The notes beneath the pieces are model-generated. The model searched no databases and had not been told where the DNA came from. It saw only the letters and a program-made list of their open reading frames with translations. A stretch of DNA of 64,000 nucleotides. Source: Raja brachyura. Lineage: Eukaryota. The DNA lies in NCBI GenBank assembly GCA_963514005.1, contig OY740784.1, positions 89,156,001 through 89,220,000 on the forward strand, in the 5' to 3' direction. Shown piece after piece: positions 22,441-36,250 of this stretch (positions within the stretch are counted from its first letter, which is position 1; each line of letters begins with the position of its first letter). The position numbers and the translations under genes were made by a program.

Positions 22441-23149
22441 TCTGGTTGATTCCTATTTTCTTCCAAATGCTAGGCCACAACCTTCCCATTTTCACACATT
22501 CTACTCACATTTTCCTGTTGTGGTGATAAACATCTTCCCATCGCATTCTCACCTATATTTCCGAACTTTTCAATTGTTTAAACTTTTAAAAACAGCCTGA
22601 AAACTCACCCATTTCGGAAAGAAAACATGAGTGACATCACAATGCACTCGCAAGTCAGGACGGGGCAATCCAGCACTCACGTGCCTGTCGCTGTCGGCGC
22701 CCCACACCCAGTGGGGAGGGTGGTGCTGGAGCTAGAGTGAGGGCCGAGCCCGGGGCTTGGGGTGGGGCTGTTACCGGGGTGAAAATGAAAGCCGCCGCTG
22801 GAACCAAGGACAAGCCTGGGTCCGTGGTCAGGGACGAGCCCAGAGGTGAAGTCGTAGCCTACACGATAGCCCAGGCGGCGGCCGAACTGACGGCTGGAGT
22901 CTACAGCCAGGGCCGGGCTGAGTACGAAAACCATGACCTGGGTGGGTCCGAGGGCAGGGAATGGAAGTGAAGGGAGGAGGATGAGGGAAATGAGGAGGAG
23001 GGAGATGGGGTGGAGAGTGGAGTGGTAGAGGGAGATGGGGGGGATGTGGAGGATGGAGATGTGGAAGGGTGGGGGAGGGAGATTCCCCCTCTCTATCTAC
23101 CCTCACTCCCACCCTCTCTACCCCCATCTCTACTCCCCAATCGGACACT

Positions 23150-23490
23150 TCCAATCAGCACCGCCATTCAATATGATCCAAAATCAGTACCCCGTTCCTG
23201 CTTTCTCCTCATATCCCTTGATTCAGTTAGCCCTAAGAGCTACTGTACATCTAACTCTGTCTTGAAAACACCCAATGAATTGGCCTCTACTGCCTTCTGT
23301 GGCTGAAAATTCCACTGATTCACAACTCACTATGTGAAAATGTTTTTCCACATCGCAATCCTAAACCCCTTATTCTTACACTGTGATCCCTGGTTCTTGA
23401 CCCCCCCCCCCAATATTGGGAAAAAATTTCCTGCATCTCGCCTGTCCAATCCCTTAAGAATTTTACATATTTCTATAAGATATTTTTTGG
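23150..23490 (-). mobile_element. CR1 3' fragment
   Basis: Reverse complement of the GYEEKAGTGY end and 3' UTR. Confidence 0.8.
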
Positions 23491-23954
23491 CCTGTGGGAT
23501 TTATCGATCTTTGTCCACCTTAATATAATGCTAGCACTTCCTCTTTTGTAATTCAGATATGATCCAACACATTTTTTTTAGATTCCTCAAGGGATTATCT
23601 TGATCACAGCTGTCTTCACCTGACATATGCTTCCTTTTTTTCTGATCAGAGACTCAATACCTTGTCAACCAAGATTCATAATCCTGTCAGCCTTGTCCTT
23701 AACTCCAACAGGAACTGACATCCCCTTTCTTCCACAGATCCCAACCCCTCCTGCCCATTTTTTCTTCTACCGTGAACTAAATTACGTCTCTCTCTTTCCT
23801 AGTCCTGATAAAGTGTCACAGACCCGAAACCATGACAGTTTTTTGTTTTCACAGATGCTGCCTGACCTGTTGAGCATTTTCAGGACACTGAAAATCAGAG
23901 AGCTCAAAAATATCCCCACCCCTATGCCATTGGAGTCAACACCCCAATACCATT

Positions 23955-24110
23955 CTGAAGCAATACTCAGGTGTCAGAAGTGCTGTCTTTGGAGTGAGTT
24001 GACAAATTAAGATCCCATTAACTTTCATGGAACTGAAGAAGTTATGGCACTTGATAAAAACAACAAGAGAATTATCCTGTCTACTGTTCGATTTATCCCT
24101 CACTCAATTA
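23955..24110 (+). mobile_element. Deu-domain SINE remnant
   Basis: TGTCAGAAGTGCTGTCTTTGGA...ATTTATCCCTCA resembles the Deu core as recalled. Confidence 0.45.
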
Positions 24111-24494
24111 TTTTTTGGCGGGCTGGCATCAATGGTTAGTTGATAGATGGTGCAGAATCAACGTGCCAGGCTTGTTTCTGTGCTAGTTCTCTCTGACTCT
24201 ATTACAGATAATAAACACGGTTAAGGAAGATTTCACCATCTTAAAAGAGTAAAGTCAGCCGCAGTTTCTTTTAACTATTAATTGTTGTTTCTTTGATACT
24301 GATGGGTGATTTCCTGTAGCAAATTTAATCTAATCATAATCTAATTTTCAAAGGCATCATACTTCCTGTGCAGAAATTCTCCTCCCGTTCCTTCAAATAA
24401 AGTAAGTGACAAGAGCTTAACATAGAGTTTTGAGTTTAAGACAGTGCCCTTTTGGCACAATTTACAAATTTACCAAACAGGAAATTAGAAATGC

Positions 24495-27400
24495 GTGCAA
24501 CAAAGGTAAAACTGTTATAATGGGTGACTTCAATCTACATATAGATTGGGTTAATCAAATTGGCATGGGTGCTGAGGAAGAGGATTTATTGGAATGTATG
24601 TGAGATAGTTTTCTAAACCAACATGCAGAGGAACCAATGAGAGAGCAGGCTATTCTAGACTGGGTATTGAGTAATGAGGAAGGGTTAGCTGGTGGTCTTG
24701 TTGTGCCTGGCCCCTTGGGCAAGAATGGCCATAATATGGTTGAGTTCTTCATTAGGATGGAGAGTGACATAGTTAATTCAGAAACAAGGGTTCTGAACTT
24801 AAAGAAAGGTAACTTTGAGGGTATGCGACGTGAATTGGCCAAGACTGGCAATTGATTCTTAAAGGGTTGACGGTGGATATCCAATGGAAGGCATTTAAAG
24901 ACCGCATGGATTAACTACAACAATTGTTCATCCAATACAATACAATACAATACCATTTATTGTCATTTGAAACCTCATTGAGGTTCAAACGACATTTTGT
25001 TTCTGCAGTCATACATACAAAAAAAGAACCAAGACATAACACATTTTACACAAACACAAACATCCATCACAGTGAATATCCTCCTCACTGTGATGGAAGG
25101 CAAAGTCGTATCTCTCCCCTGCACTCCCCATTCTTCTCCCGGTCAGAGTCAAAGCCCCCGGCGGGTGATGGTATATGTCCCGCGGCCATTCATGCCGCGC
25201 CGGGCGATGCAAGGCCCCGCTCCGGGTCTTGATGTTGGAGCCCCCGGCGGGCCCTAGCAAGTCCCGTGGCCATCAAAGCCGCGCCGGGTGATGTAAGGCC
25301 CCGCTCCAGGTCGTCTTCAACCCCACACTCGGGCGGGAGAAGTTGCTGCCGCGGGAGCTCCGAAAAGCGGTCTCCCACCAGAGACCCGCGAGCTCCCGGT
25401 GTTCCCGTCCACCGGACTGCAGCTGGAGCCTCCGAATCTCCGGGGTCGGGCAGCAGCAGCGCGCCACCACAGCTCCTCCCGTTCCGGACTCGGCCAGCCC
25501 CACGATGGTAAGTAAGTCTGCAGCTCCTCGACTGGAGCCCCAGGTCCGGTTGGAGGCCGCTCCACGGTGCTAGGCCCCAACGGCAACGGAGACCCGACAG
25601 AGAAAAGGTCGGGTCCTCCGTACAGGGAAAAGATTTAAAAAGTTTCCCCACCCCGCCACCCACCCCCCACACATATCCAGCTAAAAAAAAAACACTAACT
25701 AACAACACTCAACCAAGAAAAAAAAAAAAAAAGCAGACGGACTGCAGAGGCCGCTGCGACCAGAGTCGCGCCGCCCACCGCCCACCAAATCCCAGTTTGG
25801 CAAAATAATAAATCAGGGAAGGTAGTGCATCCGTGGATAACAAGGGAAATCAGGGATAGTATCAAAACAAAATATGAAGCATACACATTAGCCAGAAAAA
25901 GCAGCCTAACAGAGGACTGGGAGAAATTCAGAGCTCAGCAAAGGAGGACAAAGGGCTTAATTAGGAAAGGGACAATAGATTATGAAAGAAAACTGGCAGG
26001 GAACATAAAAACTGACTGCAAAAGCTTTTATAGGTATAGTTAAAACAAATGTAGGTCCCTTGCAGTCAGAAACAGGGGAATTGATCATGGGGAACAAGGA
26101 CATGGCAGACCAATTGAATAACGACTTTGGCTCTGTCTTCACTGAGGAAGACATAAATAATCTGCCGGAAATAGCAGGGGACCGGGAGTCAAATGAGATG
26201 GAGGAACTGAGTGAAATCCAGGTTAGTCGGAAAGTGGAGTTAGGTAAATTGAATGGATTAAAGGCCGATAAATCCCCTGGGCCAGATGGGCTGCATCCCA
26301 GAGTGCTTAAGGAAGTAGCCCCAGAAATAGTGGATCCATTAGTGATAATTTTTCAAAACTCTTTAGAATCTGGAGTAGTTCCTGAGGATTGGAGGGTAGC
26401 TAATGCAACCCCACTTTTTAAAAAGGGAGGGAGAGAGAAAACGGGGAATTACAGACCAGTTAGTCTAACATCAGTAGTGGGGAAAATGCTAGAGTCAGTT
26501 ATTAAAGATGGGATAGCAGCACATTTGGAAAGTGGTGAAATCATTGGACAAAGTCTGCATGGATTTATGAAAGGTAAATCATGTCTGACAAATCTTATAG
26601 AATTTTTCGAGGATGTAACTAGTAGAGTGGATAAGGGAGAACCTGTGGATGTGTTATATCTGGACTTTCAGAAGGCTTTTGACAAGGTCCCACAAAAGAG
26701 ATTAGTATGCAAACTTAAAGCACACGGTATTGGGGGTTCAGTATTGATGTGGATAGAGAACTGGCTGGCAAACAGGAAGCAAAGAGTAAGGGTAACTGGA
26801 CCTTTTCAGAATGGCAGGCAGTGACTAGTGGGGTGCCGCAAGGCTCAGTGCTGGGACCCCAGCTATTTACAATATATATTAATGATTTGGATGAGGGAAT
26901 TAAATGCAACATCTCCAAGTTTGTGGATGACACAAAGCTGGGGGGGGGCAGTGTTAGCTGTGAGGAGGATGCTAGGACGCTGCAAGGTGACTTGGATAGA
27001 TTGGGTAAGTGGGCAAATGCATGGCAGATGCAATATAATGTGGATAGATGTGATGTTATCCACTTTGGTGGCAAAAACAGGAAAGTAGACTACTATCTGA
27101 ATGGTGGCCAATTAGGAAAAGGGGAGAATCAAAGAGACCTGGGTGTCATGGTGCACCAGTCATTGAAAGTAGGCATGCAGGAGCTGCAGGCAGTGAGGAA
27201 AGCGAATGGTATGTTAGCATTCATAGCAAAAGGATTTGAGTATAGGAGCAGGGGGTTCTACTGCAGTTGTACAGGGCCTTGGTGAGACCACACCTGGAGT
27301 ATTGCATACAGTTTTGGTTTCCTAATCTGAGGAAAGACATTCTTGCCATAGAGGAAGTACAGAGAAGGTTCACCAGGTGATTCCTGGGATGGCAGGACTT

Positions 27401-27855
27401 TCAAATGAAGAAAGACTGGATAGACTTGGCTTGTACTGGCTAGAATTTAGAAGATTGAGGGGGGATCTTATAGAAACGTACAAAATTCTTAAGTGGTTGG
27501 ACAGGCTATATGCAAGAAGATTGTTCCCGATGTTGTGGAAGTCCAGAACAAGGGGTCACAGTTGAAGGATAAGGGGAAAGTCTTTTAGGACCGAGATGAG
27601 AACAATTTATTTCACACAGAGTGGTAAATTTGTGGAATTCTCTGCCACAGAAAGTGGTTGAGGCCAGTTCATTGGCTATATTTAAGAAGGAGTTATATGT
27701 GGCCCTTGTGGCTAGAGGGATCAGGGGATATGGAGAGAAGGCAGATACAGGATACTGAGTTGGATGATCAGCCATGATCATATTGAATGGTGGTGCAGTC
27801 TTGAAGGGCCGAATGGCCTATTCCTGCACCTATTTTCTATGTTTCTATGTTTCTG
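24495..27855 (+). mobile_element. CR1 LINE ORF2 (APE endonuclease C-terminus to RT and 3' UTR), frameshifted and interrupted
   Basis: IMGDFNLHIDW at ~24518, ILDWVLSN...PLGKNGHNMV; ORFs 26060..26824 and 26749..27285; (TTTCTATG)n tail; closely similar to the 1-1846 copy. Confidence 0.95.
24934..25788 (-). mobile_element. GC-rich non-autonomous retroposon, copy 2, inserted in CR1
   Basis: (CAATA)n tail on the left; the CR1 frame rejoins across it as TTGTTCATC-CCAGTTTGG. Confidence 0.85.
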
Positions 27856-28279
27856 TGTCCCTGTCATACAACAAAAAAACAGAACCTGTAGCAAAATTAA
27901 AGTGTCTGGTTCTGAGACCACTCCTATTCTCTTGCACAATTCTTTGCGCTGCAGCAAGCTGCTGATCTTTCTTGAAGCATGCATATAGACAATGAAAATC
28001 AATCAGTTATTTGACTTGTGGGTTTCCCATCCAATCTCAAGCCGATCCACAGAGCAAAACGCTCCAAACAGGAATGCCTGGCTTAAAACCAAGAATGAAA
28101 ACTATGGGAATGCAAGATATTCCATCTCCTCCTGAAAATAGTTGAGGCCCATTTAAGAAATAAGGTATTTTTACCTTAATTTCTCCTTTATGGAATCCAA
28201 ATATATTTTGGAGGACCTCAATGTGACAGTATAATGTGACAGTAAGTAGATTATTGCAAATAGTCTTCACATCTCTGAC

Positions 28280-28900
28280 AACAATTTCCATTCATAACAT
28301 AGCAAAAATATCCAAAGCAGCTCAGCTGGCACATTGTCAAATTGACTCTCAGCTACTTGACGAAGTATAAGGGCAGATGATCAAAAAACTTGGCCAAAAA
28401 GGATGGTTTTAAGGGAGAGGCAATAAAGTTTATGGAAATAATTCCAGAGGTTTGGAATTTGTCAGCTGAAGGCTGCTTATCACTGTCAGGAATGAGCAAG
28501 AGACCAGAATTCGAGGAGTACATACACCTGGGAAGGTTATATACAAGAGGGGATTATGAAGGAAGTGGTGAGACAACCAAGAAAATTCAAGGTATTGATG
28601 AGACTCCTGTAATCCAGCCCTTGGTAATTTGGAAACCAATATAGATCAGCCAAAAACAGTGGGGATAAATGAATGGAAAGGCGCAATTATTGCACAGGCA
28701 AAATATTTTCATGTGGGCTCAAACTAGTGTCCGCTCTTACCAACTGAGAGCAAATAAGCCACATCTACAATGGCAGGATTGTCCAGAGAGAGGGTTAATT
28801 GAGGTTTCAGAAACCTACAGTATTCTTGTGAGATCGCAGGGCAGAAATTGTATGGAGGCCAGGATTTGAAGCAGCAAATTGTTACCATGGTAATTATAAC
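28280..28900 (-). mobile_element. Old L2-like 3' fragment
   Basis: Degenerate similarity to L2 3' ends (GGAAATAATTCCAGAGGTTTGG block), also seen at 43830-44140. Confidence 0.45.
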
Positions 28901-29419
28901 CACCTGGTTTCTATTTAGGTGATTTACCTCACAGTATGTTGGAACAATTAAACAATGCTCTGGGTATACATAATCCCCTGTAAAATTTCTGCTGAACATA
29001 AGGATTCATCCGTTGAGCTTGTTCCACCATTTAATGAGAACATGGCTGATGTGTGTCTTAACACCATTCACCTAATTGGACCGCCACCCTTTTAGACTTT
29101 TGTTTGGCAAATGTCCAACATTTCAGGCTTAGAATTAGTAATTGTGTGTTAATCTACTGCTTCCATAGGTCAACTAATCTCTGGATAACCAATCTCAGGA
29201 ACTTCCCAACATCGCCTGGAATACCTGGATGCACTAACCTGCTCCAGGAGATCAGGGAGATACAATGAAAATCAGAGGGTGAAGATTTACCACTCCTTCC
29301 CCATTCTTTCCAATTTTGTCTGACAGGCGACGCACCCACCATTTGATTGGGAAGAGCCCAACAAATGATCAACAACCCATCTGTGGCTGGACGTTCTAGT
29401 CCTATCCAGTCCTATCTAG

Positions 29420-29990
29420 TCCTATCCACAATCACCATGGGTAGACAATTCCCAAGATACACTACCCTGGAGTGAAAGGGTTTCTGATTATCTCTACCCT
29501 GAATGGTTCATCCCTTATTTTAAAGAAAGACAAAGTGCTGGAGTAACCGATTCTGAAGTAGGGTCCCAACCCGAAACGTAATCTATCCTTTTTCTCCTGA
29601 GATGTTGCCTGACCTGTTGAGTTACTCCAGTACTTTGTGTCTATCTTTGGTATAAACCAGCATCTGCAGTTCTTTGTTTCTATCTCTCATTTTGAGACTG
29701 TGATCCCTAGTTCTTGACTCTCCAGCCAAGCAAAACCCCATCCTTGCCCCTATTCTGTCAAGCCTTATTAGAATGTTGTATGTCTCAATGAAATGGCCTT
29801 TCATTCTTTTAAATGCCAGAAAGTACAGCTCACTATCTTTCATAGTACAAACTACCCATACTAGAACTCAAATCTGCTAGACCTTTCTTGCACTCCCTCT
29901 TTTGCTAGTACACTTATCCACAGGCAGAGAGATCAGACCTGTACACAATGTTCCAAGTGAGGTATCAGTAGGGAATTATAATTTTGGTGA
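29420..29990 (-). mobile_element. Old CR1 3' fragment interrupted by an inverted PLE repeat (~29527-29682)
   Basis: ORF 29622..29843 IETYNILIRLDRI...GESRTRDH; pLTR sequence inside. Confidence 0.75.
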
Positions 29991-30852
29991 AACATTGATC
30001 TCAGGGATCTTTTTCATGAAGGCTAATTGAGAAAACTTGTTGGTTTGTGGGTGAGTGATTCCCTTCCTGTGGTGCGGATGTACATGCTGCCCACCTACTC
30101 CACTCACTGGGGAAACCAGTGCCAGTAAAGTCACAGATTTCAGACTGACTGGCCTTTAATTATATGCCGTCTGCGCTTTTAAGCTGGCTGAAGCAGCTTT
30201 TGCTTATATCCGCATTGCATAAAGACAGCGAAAGTGCCATAGAAACCAACACCCAGATGATCTGAATGGTGTTAACTTTCCCAGCTGGACTCACAGTGTG
30301 TAATCTCACAGTTAAAGCCAAGCCAAATGACCCAGAACTAACAGGGCAGTTCAACAGAACCCTTTGAAATGTGTTTCCAAACCACCCAGCCAGGAGGCCA
30401 GAGGCTCTCCCATAGGGGGCAGTGTTGTCTCGAATTACAAGTCCCAGAATCAGCACCAAAGATTTGGCACAGGACCATGGTGGTGAGACTGTGGCATCCA
30501 CCACAATATACCCCTCCCCCTCTACACGCTCAGTAACTGCGCAATTTTAGGAATCCATTCATCCCACCACACTGTACACCACAAATGGTATGAAGTTGGA
30601 GTGGGTGGGGAGTGGGAGGTTCACTGATAAATTGCTGAGAACAATTTGAAGTGCTAAAAAGCTATTTTGTGAAATCTTAAATTTTTCAATCATATCTCTT
30701 TCATACATATATTGGTGCCTTTGTTGCTTTTGGGATTGAATAACTCGACATTTCTGAATGTAGTTGTTCCATCACCAACAGCAGTGCCTTCAGCTCAAAA
30801 GATTCTAAAGGTGTGAAGTTCCCTCTCTAACCATCTCTGCCACCTTGAATTG

Positions 30853-31027
30853 AAGGAATGGGTGATGTTTCAGGTTGACCCTTCTTCAGACTGAGGCTGA
30901 AGAAGGGTCTTGACCCGAAACGTCACCCATTCCTTCAATTCAGAGACGCTGCCTGGCCCGCTGAGTTACTCAAGCATTTTGAGTCTATCTTCAATGTAAA
31001 CCAGCATCTGCAGTTCCTTCCTACACA
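30853..31027. mobile_element. Palindromic PLE terminal-repeat pair
   Basis: CCTTCTTCAGACTGAGGCTGAAGAAGGG centre; hammerhead core at 30897-30924. Confidence 0.8.
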
Positions 31028-31074
31028 TTTTGTCTCACTTCTTGAATCTCTGCTTATTGAATTTTCCTTAAAAA

Positions 31075-31600
31075 ATATAGAACATAAAACACAGACAGTA
31101 CAACACAGGAACAGCCATTCGACCCACAATGTCTCGGCTAAAAATGATGCCAACTTAATCACTTCTGCCTGTAAGTGTTCAATATCCCTCAACAACAGCA
31201 TATCCATGTGCCTATGTAAAAGTTTCTTAAAAGCCACCCACATCTGCTTCTACCATCATCTCCAGGCACCCACCACTCTCTGTGTAAAAAAACTTTAAAC
31301 TTCCTCCCTCTGACCTTAAACCTGAGCATTCTAGTCTTTGACATTTTTACCCTGGGAAAAAGGTTCTAGCTATCTGCTCTCTCAGAATTGGAAGACAAGC
31401 TTAATGGACTTCCATTTCACTGCCTCAGAAGGGTTTTGGTCTCACAATTTCTAGGGTATCGACCTGAAACGTCACCCATTTCTTCTCTCCAGAGATGCTG
31501 CCTGTCCCGCTGAATTACTCCAGCATTTGTATCTATCATAATTTGATATATTTTTATCAAGTCTCCCCTCCAATTTGGTAACGCTATTCCTCTTAAGTGG
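31075..31600 (-). mobile_element. CR1 3' fragment with PLE repeat insert
   Basis: ATAGAACATAAAACA tail; pLTR at ~31455-31535. Confidence 0.7.
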
Positions 31601-32153
31601 CTTAATGCCAATTCGTTTTATTTGTTAACCCTCTTCTGAAGCACTTAAAACCAGTGCAGCAGATTCATCACATTCACAGGATGTACAGTTATATTTGAAA
31701 GGACATTCTGTAAACTTGGTGACAGTTTGATGGATGTTGATATCGCTGACACAAGATATGTAGATGGTGGGCCTTGACAGACAAATGGTGATTGGTTGCC
31801 AATGGTCAGAAAGGCATCAGAAAAGATGAAGAGAAGCAGGAGGTTTGACTGTCTGAGGAGAAATTCCAGACAAACAGATCAGCTGACTTTGGAATGGCAG
31901 TTTAAGCATCAGAAGCATATCTCTGCCATTCCGGAGTTAGTTTCCAAATCATGCCAGACGATGTTCCACGTAGACTTGACCAACAAGATGCACATGATCG
32001 TCCTGTGGGACCAGGGGCTGCCAGATGGGTCTTTCTTGTGAAGTTATAAATTTGTTATTGATATAATTTCATTAGAAATATTGGCGCTATGTGGTACCAG
32101 TGGTGATTCAGGCAAAGCTACAATATTATGTGATAGGCCAGGATGGACTTTCG

Positions 32154-32960
32154 CAGTGAAGCCAAACGCAAATTGGAGGAACAGCACCTCATATTTCGCG
32201 TGGGCAGCTTACAACCCAACTGTATGAATATTGATTTCTCTAACTTCAAGTAACCCTAGCTTTCCTTCCCTCTATGTCACTCCCCCACCTTAGTTATCCT
32301 ATGAGTTTCACTGTCAAGATTAATTTTACTTGTGGATGCCTCCTTGTCACCTTCCCGTCAGCCAACAATGAACCATTGTACATTTCCTTGATCATCGTCT
32401 GCTTTGATCTGTCCTTTTCACACCTTATATGCTCTTTGTACCCTTCCATATCTCTAGTTTTCCTCTCCCCTGACTCTTAGTCTGAAGGGTCTCGATCCGA
32501 AACGCCACCCATTCCTTCTCTTCGGAGATGCTGCCTGTCCTGCTGAGTAAAGGGCCTGTCCCAATTTCATGACCCAATTCACGACCTCTGCCGAGTTTGC
32601 ACTTGACTCATACTCACAGCATGGTCATCACAAGGTCGTAGGAGGTCGTAGGAGGTCGTGGGTAGGTGGTAGCCAGCCGTGATGCTAGTCGTATGTACTC
32701 ATGACATCAAGTATGTCGGGGCATTTTTTTCTAGCCTGATGAAAAATGTCCGTGAGTAAAAAAAAGTTGTGAATTAGGTCGTGAAAGTGGGACAGGCCAC
32801 ATTACTCCAACATTTTGGGTCTATCCATGAATCAACGTCTGTGTTCCTTCAGCACTTTGTTTTTTTGGTATGTCCATTACCTCCACAGATGCTGCCTAAC
32901 CCGCTGAGTTCCTCGGCACTTTGTTTTTTCCCCTCAAGTTTCCAGCATCTGAAGTCTCCT
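32154..32960 (+). mobile_element. Penelope-like element 3' end (GIY-YIG C-terminus plus pLTR), interrupted by a MITE
   Basis: 32158-32253 encodes EAKRKLEEQHLIFRVGSLQPNCMNIDFSNFK*; pLTR follows. Confidence 0.85.
32551..32800. mobile_element. PIF/Harbinger-type MITE
   Basis: TIRs AGGGCCTGTCCCAATTTCATGACCCAATTCACGAC / GTTGTGAATTAGGTCGTGAAAGTGGGACAGGCC; TAA/TTA flanks inside the pLTR sequence GAGTTACTCC. Confidence 0.8.
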
Positions 32961-32994
32961 GTAAATCCAGTCAAGTGTCCTCCCTTTGTTTTCT

Positions 32995-33404
32995 AATTCA
33001 TTCATTCATTCATCATTGTTGAAAACATTCACGATGCAGCGGTACTGGTTTCCAACGGGAACGGTGACGGACGCACCACACATCTCCGTCCTCCAGTTCC
33101 TGCGGACTTCCGCCACTGGAAGTATAGAATTTTGGTGTGTGTGCTTTATTATCATTCCTTGCAATGCTATGTACGACAGTGATCGCAACTTCTACTGAAG
33201 TGTGGATGGCCGTTGGCTCACTAGAAGCTATTCCGCCCTTTGACAGGTCTTGTTTTTGGTGCTGCTGTGGGTCCACAGCCCCCTCCTCACCTGGCAAACC
33301 AGATGGGGGAGACGATTTAGTCGTCGACTATCTGACCATGGAGCAGGTAGCACGTGATTACGTGGTACCCGTGGCAAGGGGAACTACGCCCGACCTGACC
33401 TGAG
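32995..33404 (-). mobile_element. Short non-coding retroposon, possibly RTE-related
   Basis: CpG-rich 400-bp block ending on the minus strand in (TGAA)n; family call from recalled resemblance only. Confidence 0.4.
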
Positions 33405-33418
33405 TTCTAATAATTTAA

Positions 33419-33604
33419 GGTAGACAAAAGTGCTGGAGAAACTCAGCGGGTGCAGCAGCATCTATGGAGCGAAGGAAATAGGTAACGTTTTGGTCCAAAA
33501 TCCTTCTTCAGACTGAATGCTGCTGCACCCGCTGAGTTTCTCCAACACTTTTGTCTACCTTCGATTTTCCAGCATCTGCAGTTCCTTCTTAAACACTTTG
33601 TCTA
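33419..33604. mobile_element. Inverted PLE terminal-repeat pair
   Basis: 14-bp TSD TTCTAATAATTTAA at 33405-33418 and 33605-33618. Confidence 0.85.
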
Positions 33605-33839
33605 TTCTAATAATTTAACAATTCTAAGACTCCGAGCACATTTGGTTGGGGTTCATAAAGCTTGATGGTGTTTGTACTCTTCATGCATTTGTCCAAAATG
33701 AAATGTAAGGTCATTATACAGTGATATTGATGAAAAAATGAATAGATCTATAGATTGCAATCCTCTGAAAACTAATAATAATCCTGTATGATTAGAACAG
33801 AATGATTCTCAAACTAGTGAGACCAATGATCACACGATC

Positions 33840-34150
33840 GTAAGATCATGACCTAGGAGGAGAATTAGGCTGTTCAGCCAATTGAGTCTGCTCTGCCATT
33901 CAATCATGGTTGATCTATTTTTTCCTCTCAAACCCATTCTCCTACCTTCTCACTGTAACGTTTGACATACTTACTAAACAAGAACATATCAATCTCTGCT
34001 TTAAAAACACCCAATGACATGGCCTTCACTGCTGTCTGTGTCATGAATTCCATGCATTCACCACCCACTGGCTAAAGAAATACCTCCTCGTCAACATTCT
34101 AAAAGTATGCCCTTTTATTGTGAGGTTGTGCCCGATAGTCCTAGACTTCA
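33840..34150 (-). mobile_element. CR1 3' fragment
   Basis: Reverse complement of the subfamily at 8205-8560. Confidence 0.75.
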
Positions 34151-34439
34151 TGATGATTAAATATTGTTTTATTCCTGTCAAAATATTTTTGGAGGAACTT
34201 TGAAAGGGTACTGAAGAGAAAAAAAAGAATCTGCAGATGCTGAAATGCTGAAATAAAAATTACAAAATGCTGGATATAAAAAAAAATCTCTGAAATTATC
34301 ACAGAACTTCATTTGTGGAGAGTTAACATTTCGGGCTGACTTCCAGTAATTGCCCAGTGACCTTGAGGGCTGCATTTTGCAGGTGGAATGATGGCAATTC
34401 TGCAGAGATTTGACTATGAAACAAACATTAGAACTGGGG

Positions 34440-36250
34440 GCATTAGAAAAAGGAGCAGAATAGGCACATTAACCTCTCAAGCACACTCCATTATTCAGTA
34501 AGACTCCGGATCTTTCCCCATACCAAGGCCTCCCTTGCAGTTTATATCTCTGTTAACTTCCACCTTACATATATTCAAACTCCACCTCAACAACTCCCTG
34601 AGATAGAGAATTCCACGAGACCAATAACACAATGAGAGGAAAAATTCCACCTTAAGTTTGTTTTAAATATGTGACTCATTATTATGAAATTGAAACTATG
34701 CCTTAGTTCTAGATATCTTGACTTGATACACCCACTGGGGAGAACATCCTCTCAACACCAAATCTATCAATGATTCTCAGATTCTTATATGTTTCAATAA
34801 TATCTCTTTCATCCATAGTCCAGAGAGAATAGGCCTAACCTATTCAATCTCCCATCACACATCAACTCTTTCATTTTAGGAATCATCTTAGTGAATCTTC
34901 TTTATATTAGAAACATAGAAACATAGAAAATAGGTGCAGGAGGAGGTCATTCGGCCCTGCAAGCCTGCACCCCCATTCATTGTGATCATGGCTGACCATC
35001 CACAATCAGTAACCCGTGCCTGCCTTCTCCCCATACCCCTTGATTCCGCTCTAAAACTCTCTTTTAAATTCTTCCAGTGAATCGGCCTCCACTGCCTTCT
35101 GTGGCAGAGAATTATACAAATATTGTATTGCCTTCAATACAAGCCCATCTTTCCTTAAAAAATGGAGACTAAAACTAAAGGTAGTACTTCATGTGCAGCC
35201 TCACCTGTACCTTGTAAACCTGCATCATAGCTTCCTATCTTTATACCGCAGGTACGTTACAATAGACAATAGACAATAGACAATAGACAATAGGTGCAGG
35301 AGAAGGCCATTTGGCCCTTCGAGCCAGCACCGTCATTCAATATGATCATGGCTGATCATCCCCAATCAGTACCCCGTTCCTGACTCCGCTATCTTTAAGA
35401 GCCCTATCTAGCTCTCTCTTGAAAGTATCCAGAGAACCGGCCTCCACCACCCTCTGAGGCAGAGAATTCCACAGACTCACAGACTCTGGGTGAAAAAGTG
35501 TTTCCTCTTCTCCGTTCTAAATGGCTTACCCCTTATTCTTAAACTACCCTTTATTCTTAAACTACAATAAAAGCCCATTTTCAGTAGGCCACCCTAACTA
35601 TTGTTTTACCTGCATGCTGATTCTTGGTGACTCTAGGACTGCCAATCCATTTTGCATTACTACATTTTGTAATCTCCCTATTTAAATAATAATTAGTTTT
35701 TTTCCATTCTTCCAAAATGGATCAACTTCTCTTTTCCCACATCATACTCCATCTGCCAACATTTTGCCCTCTCATTTAACCTATCTTTGACCCTCTGTGT
35801 GCTCTTTATGTTATCCAGACAACTTGCTATCCAACCTGTTTTATATCACCAGCAAATCTAATTAATACACTCAGTCCCTTCATCCAACTCATTAATATAG
35901 ATTTTAAATACATGAGGTCTCACCCCACTAATTACAGATTGCCTCTCCAAACATGATTTATTTATTCCTACCTCCTGCTTTCTGTTATTTAGTTACTCAC
36001 TGTGCTAAGCCATTATCTTACCCCCAACTCTGTGTTCAATAACTCTTGTTCAATAACCTTTTAATTGGCATCTTTTTAAATGCCTTTGGGTTTATCCATT
36101 TCCTTTACTTCCTCAATGTATTTGAGCAATTTTATCCAATGATTTTCCTTTCATAAAACATGTTGGTTCGTGCTTGGTTAACTTATTATTTTCTAAATGT
36201 CCCTTCGGAATGATTCCCTCATTTTCCCAATGACTGATCTATAGCTTCCT
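34440..36250 (-). mobile_element. Old CR1 with younger CR1 3' ends nested at ~34908-35120 and ~35260-35565
   Basis: (AGAAACAT)n and (ACAATAG)n tails; degenerate RT sequence in 35570-36250. Confidence 0.75.
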
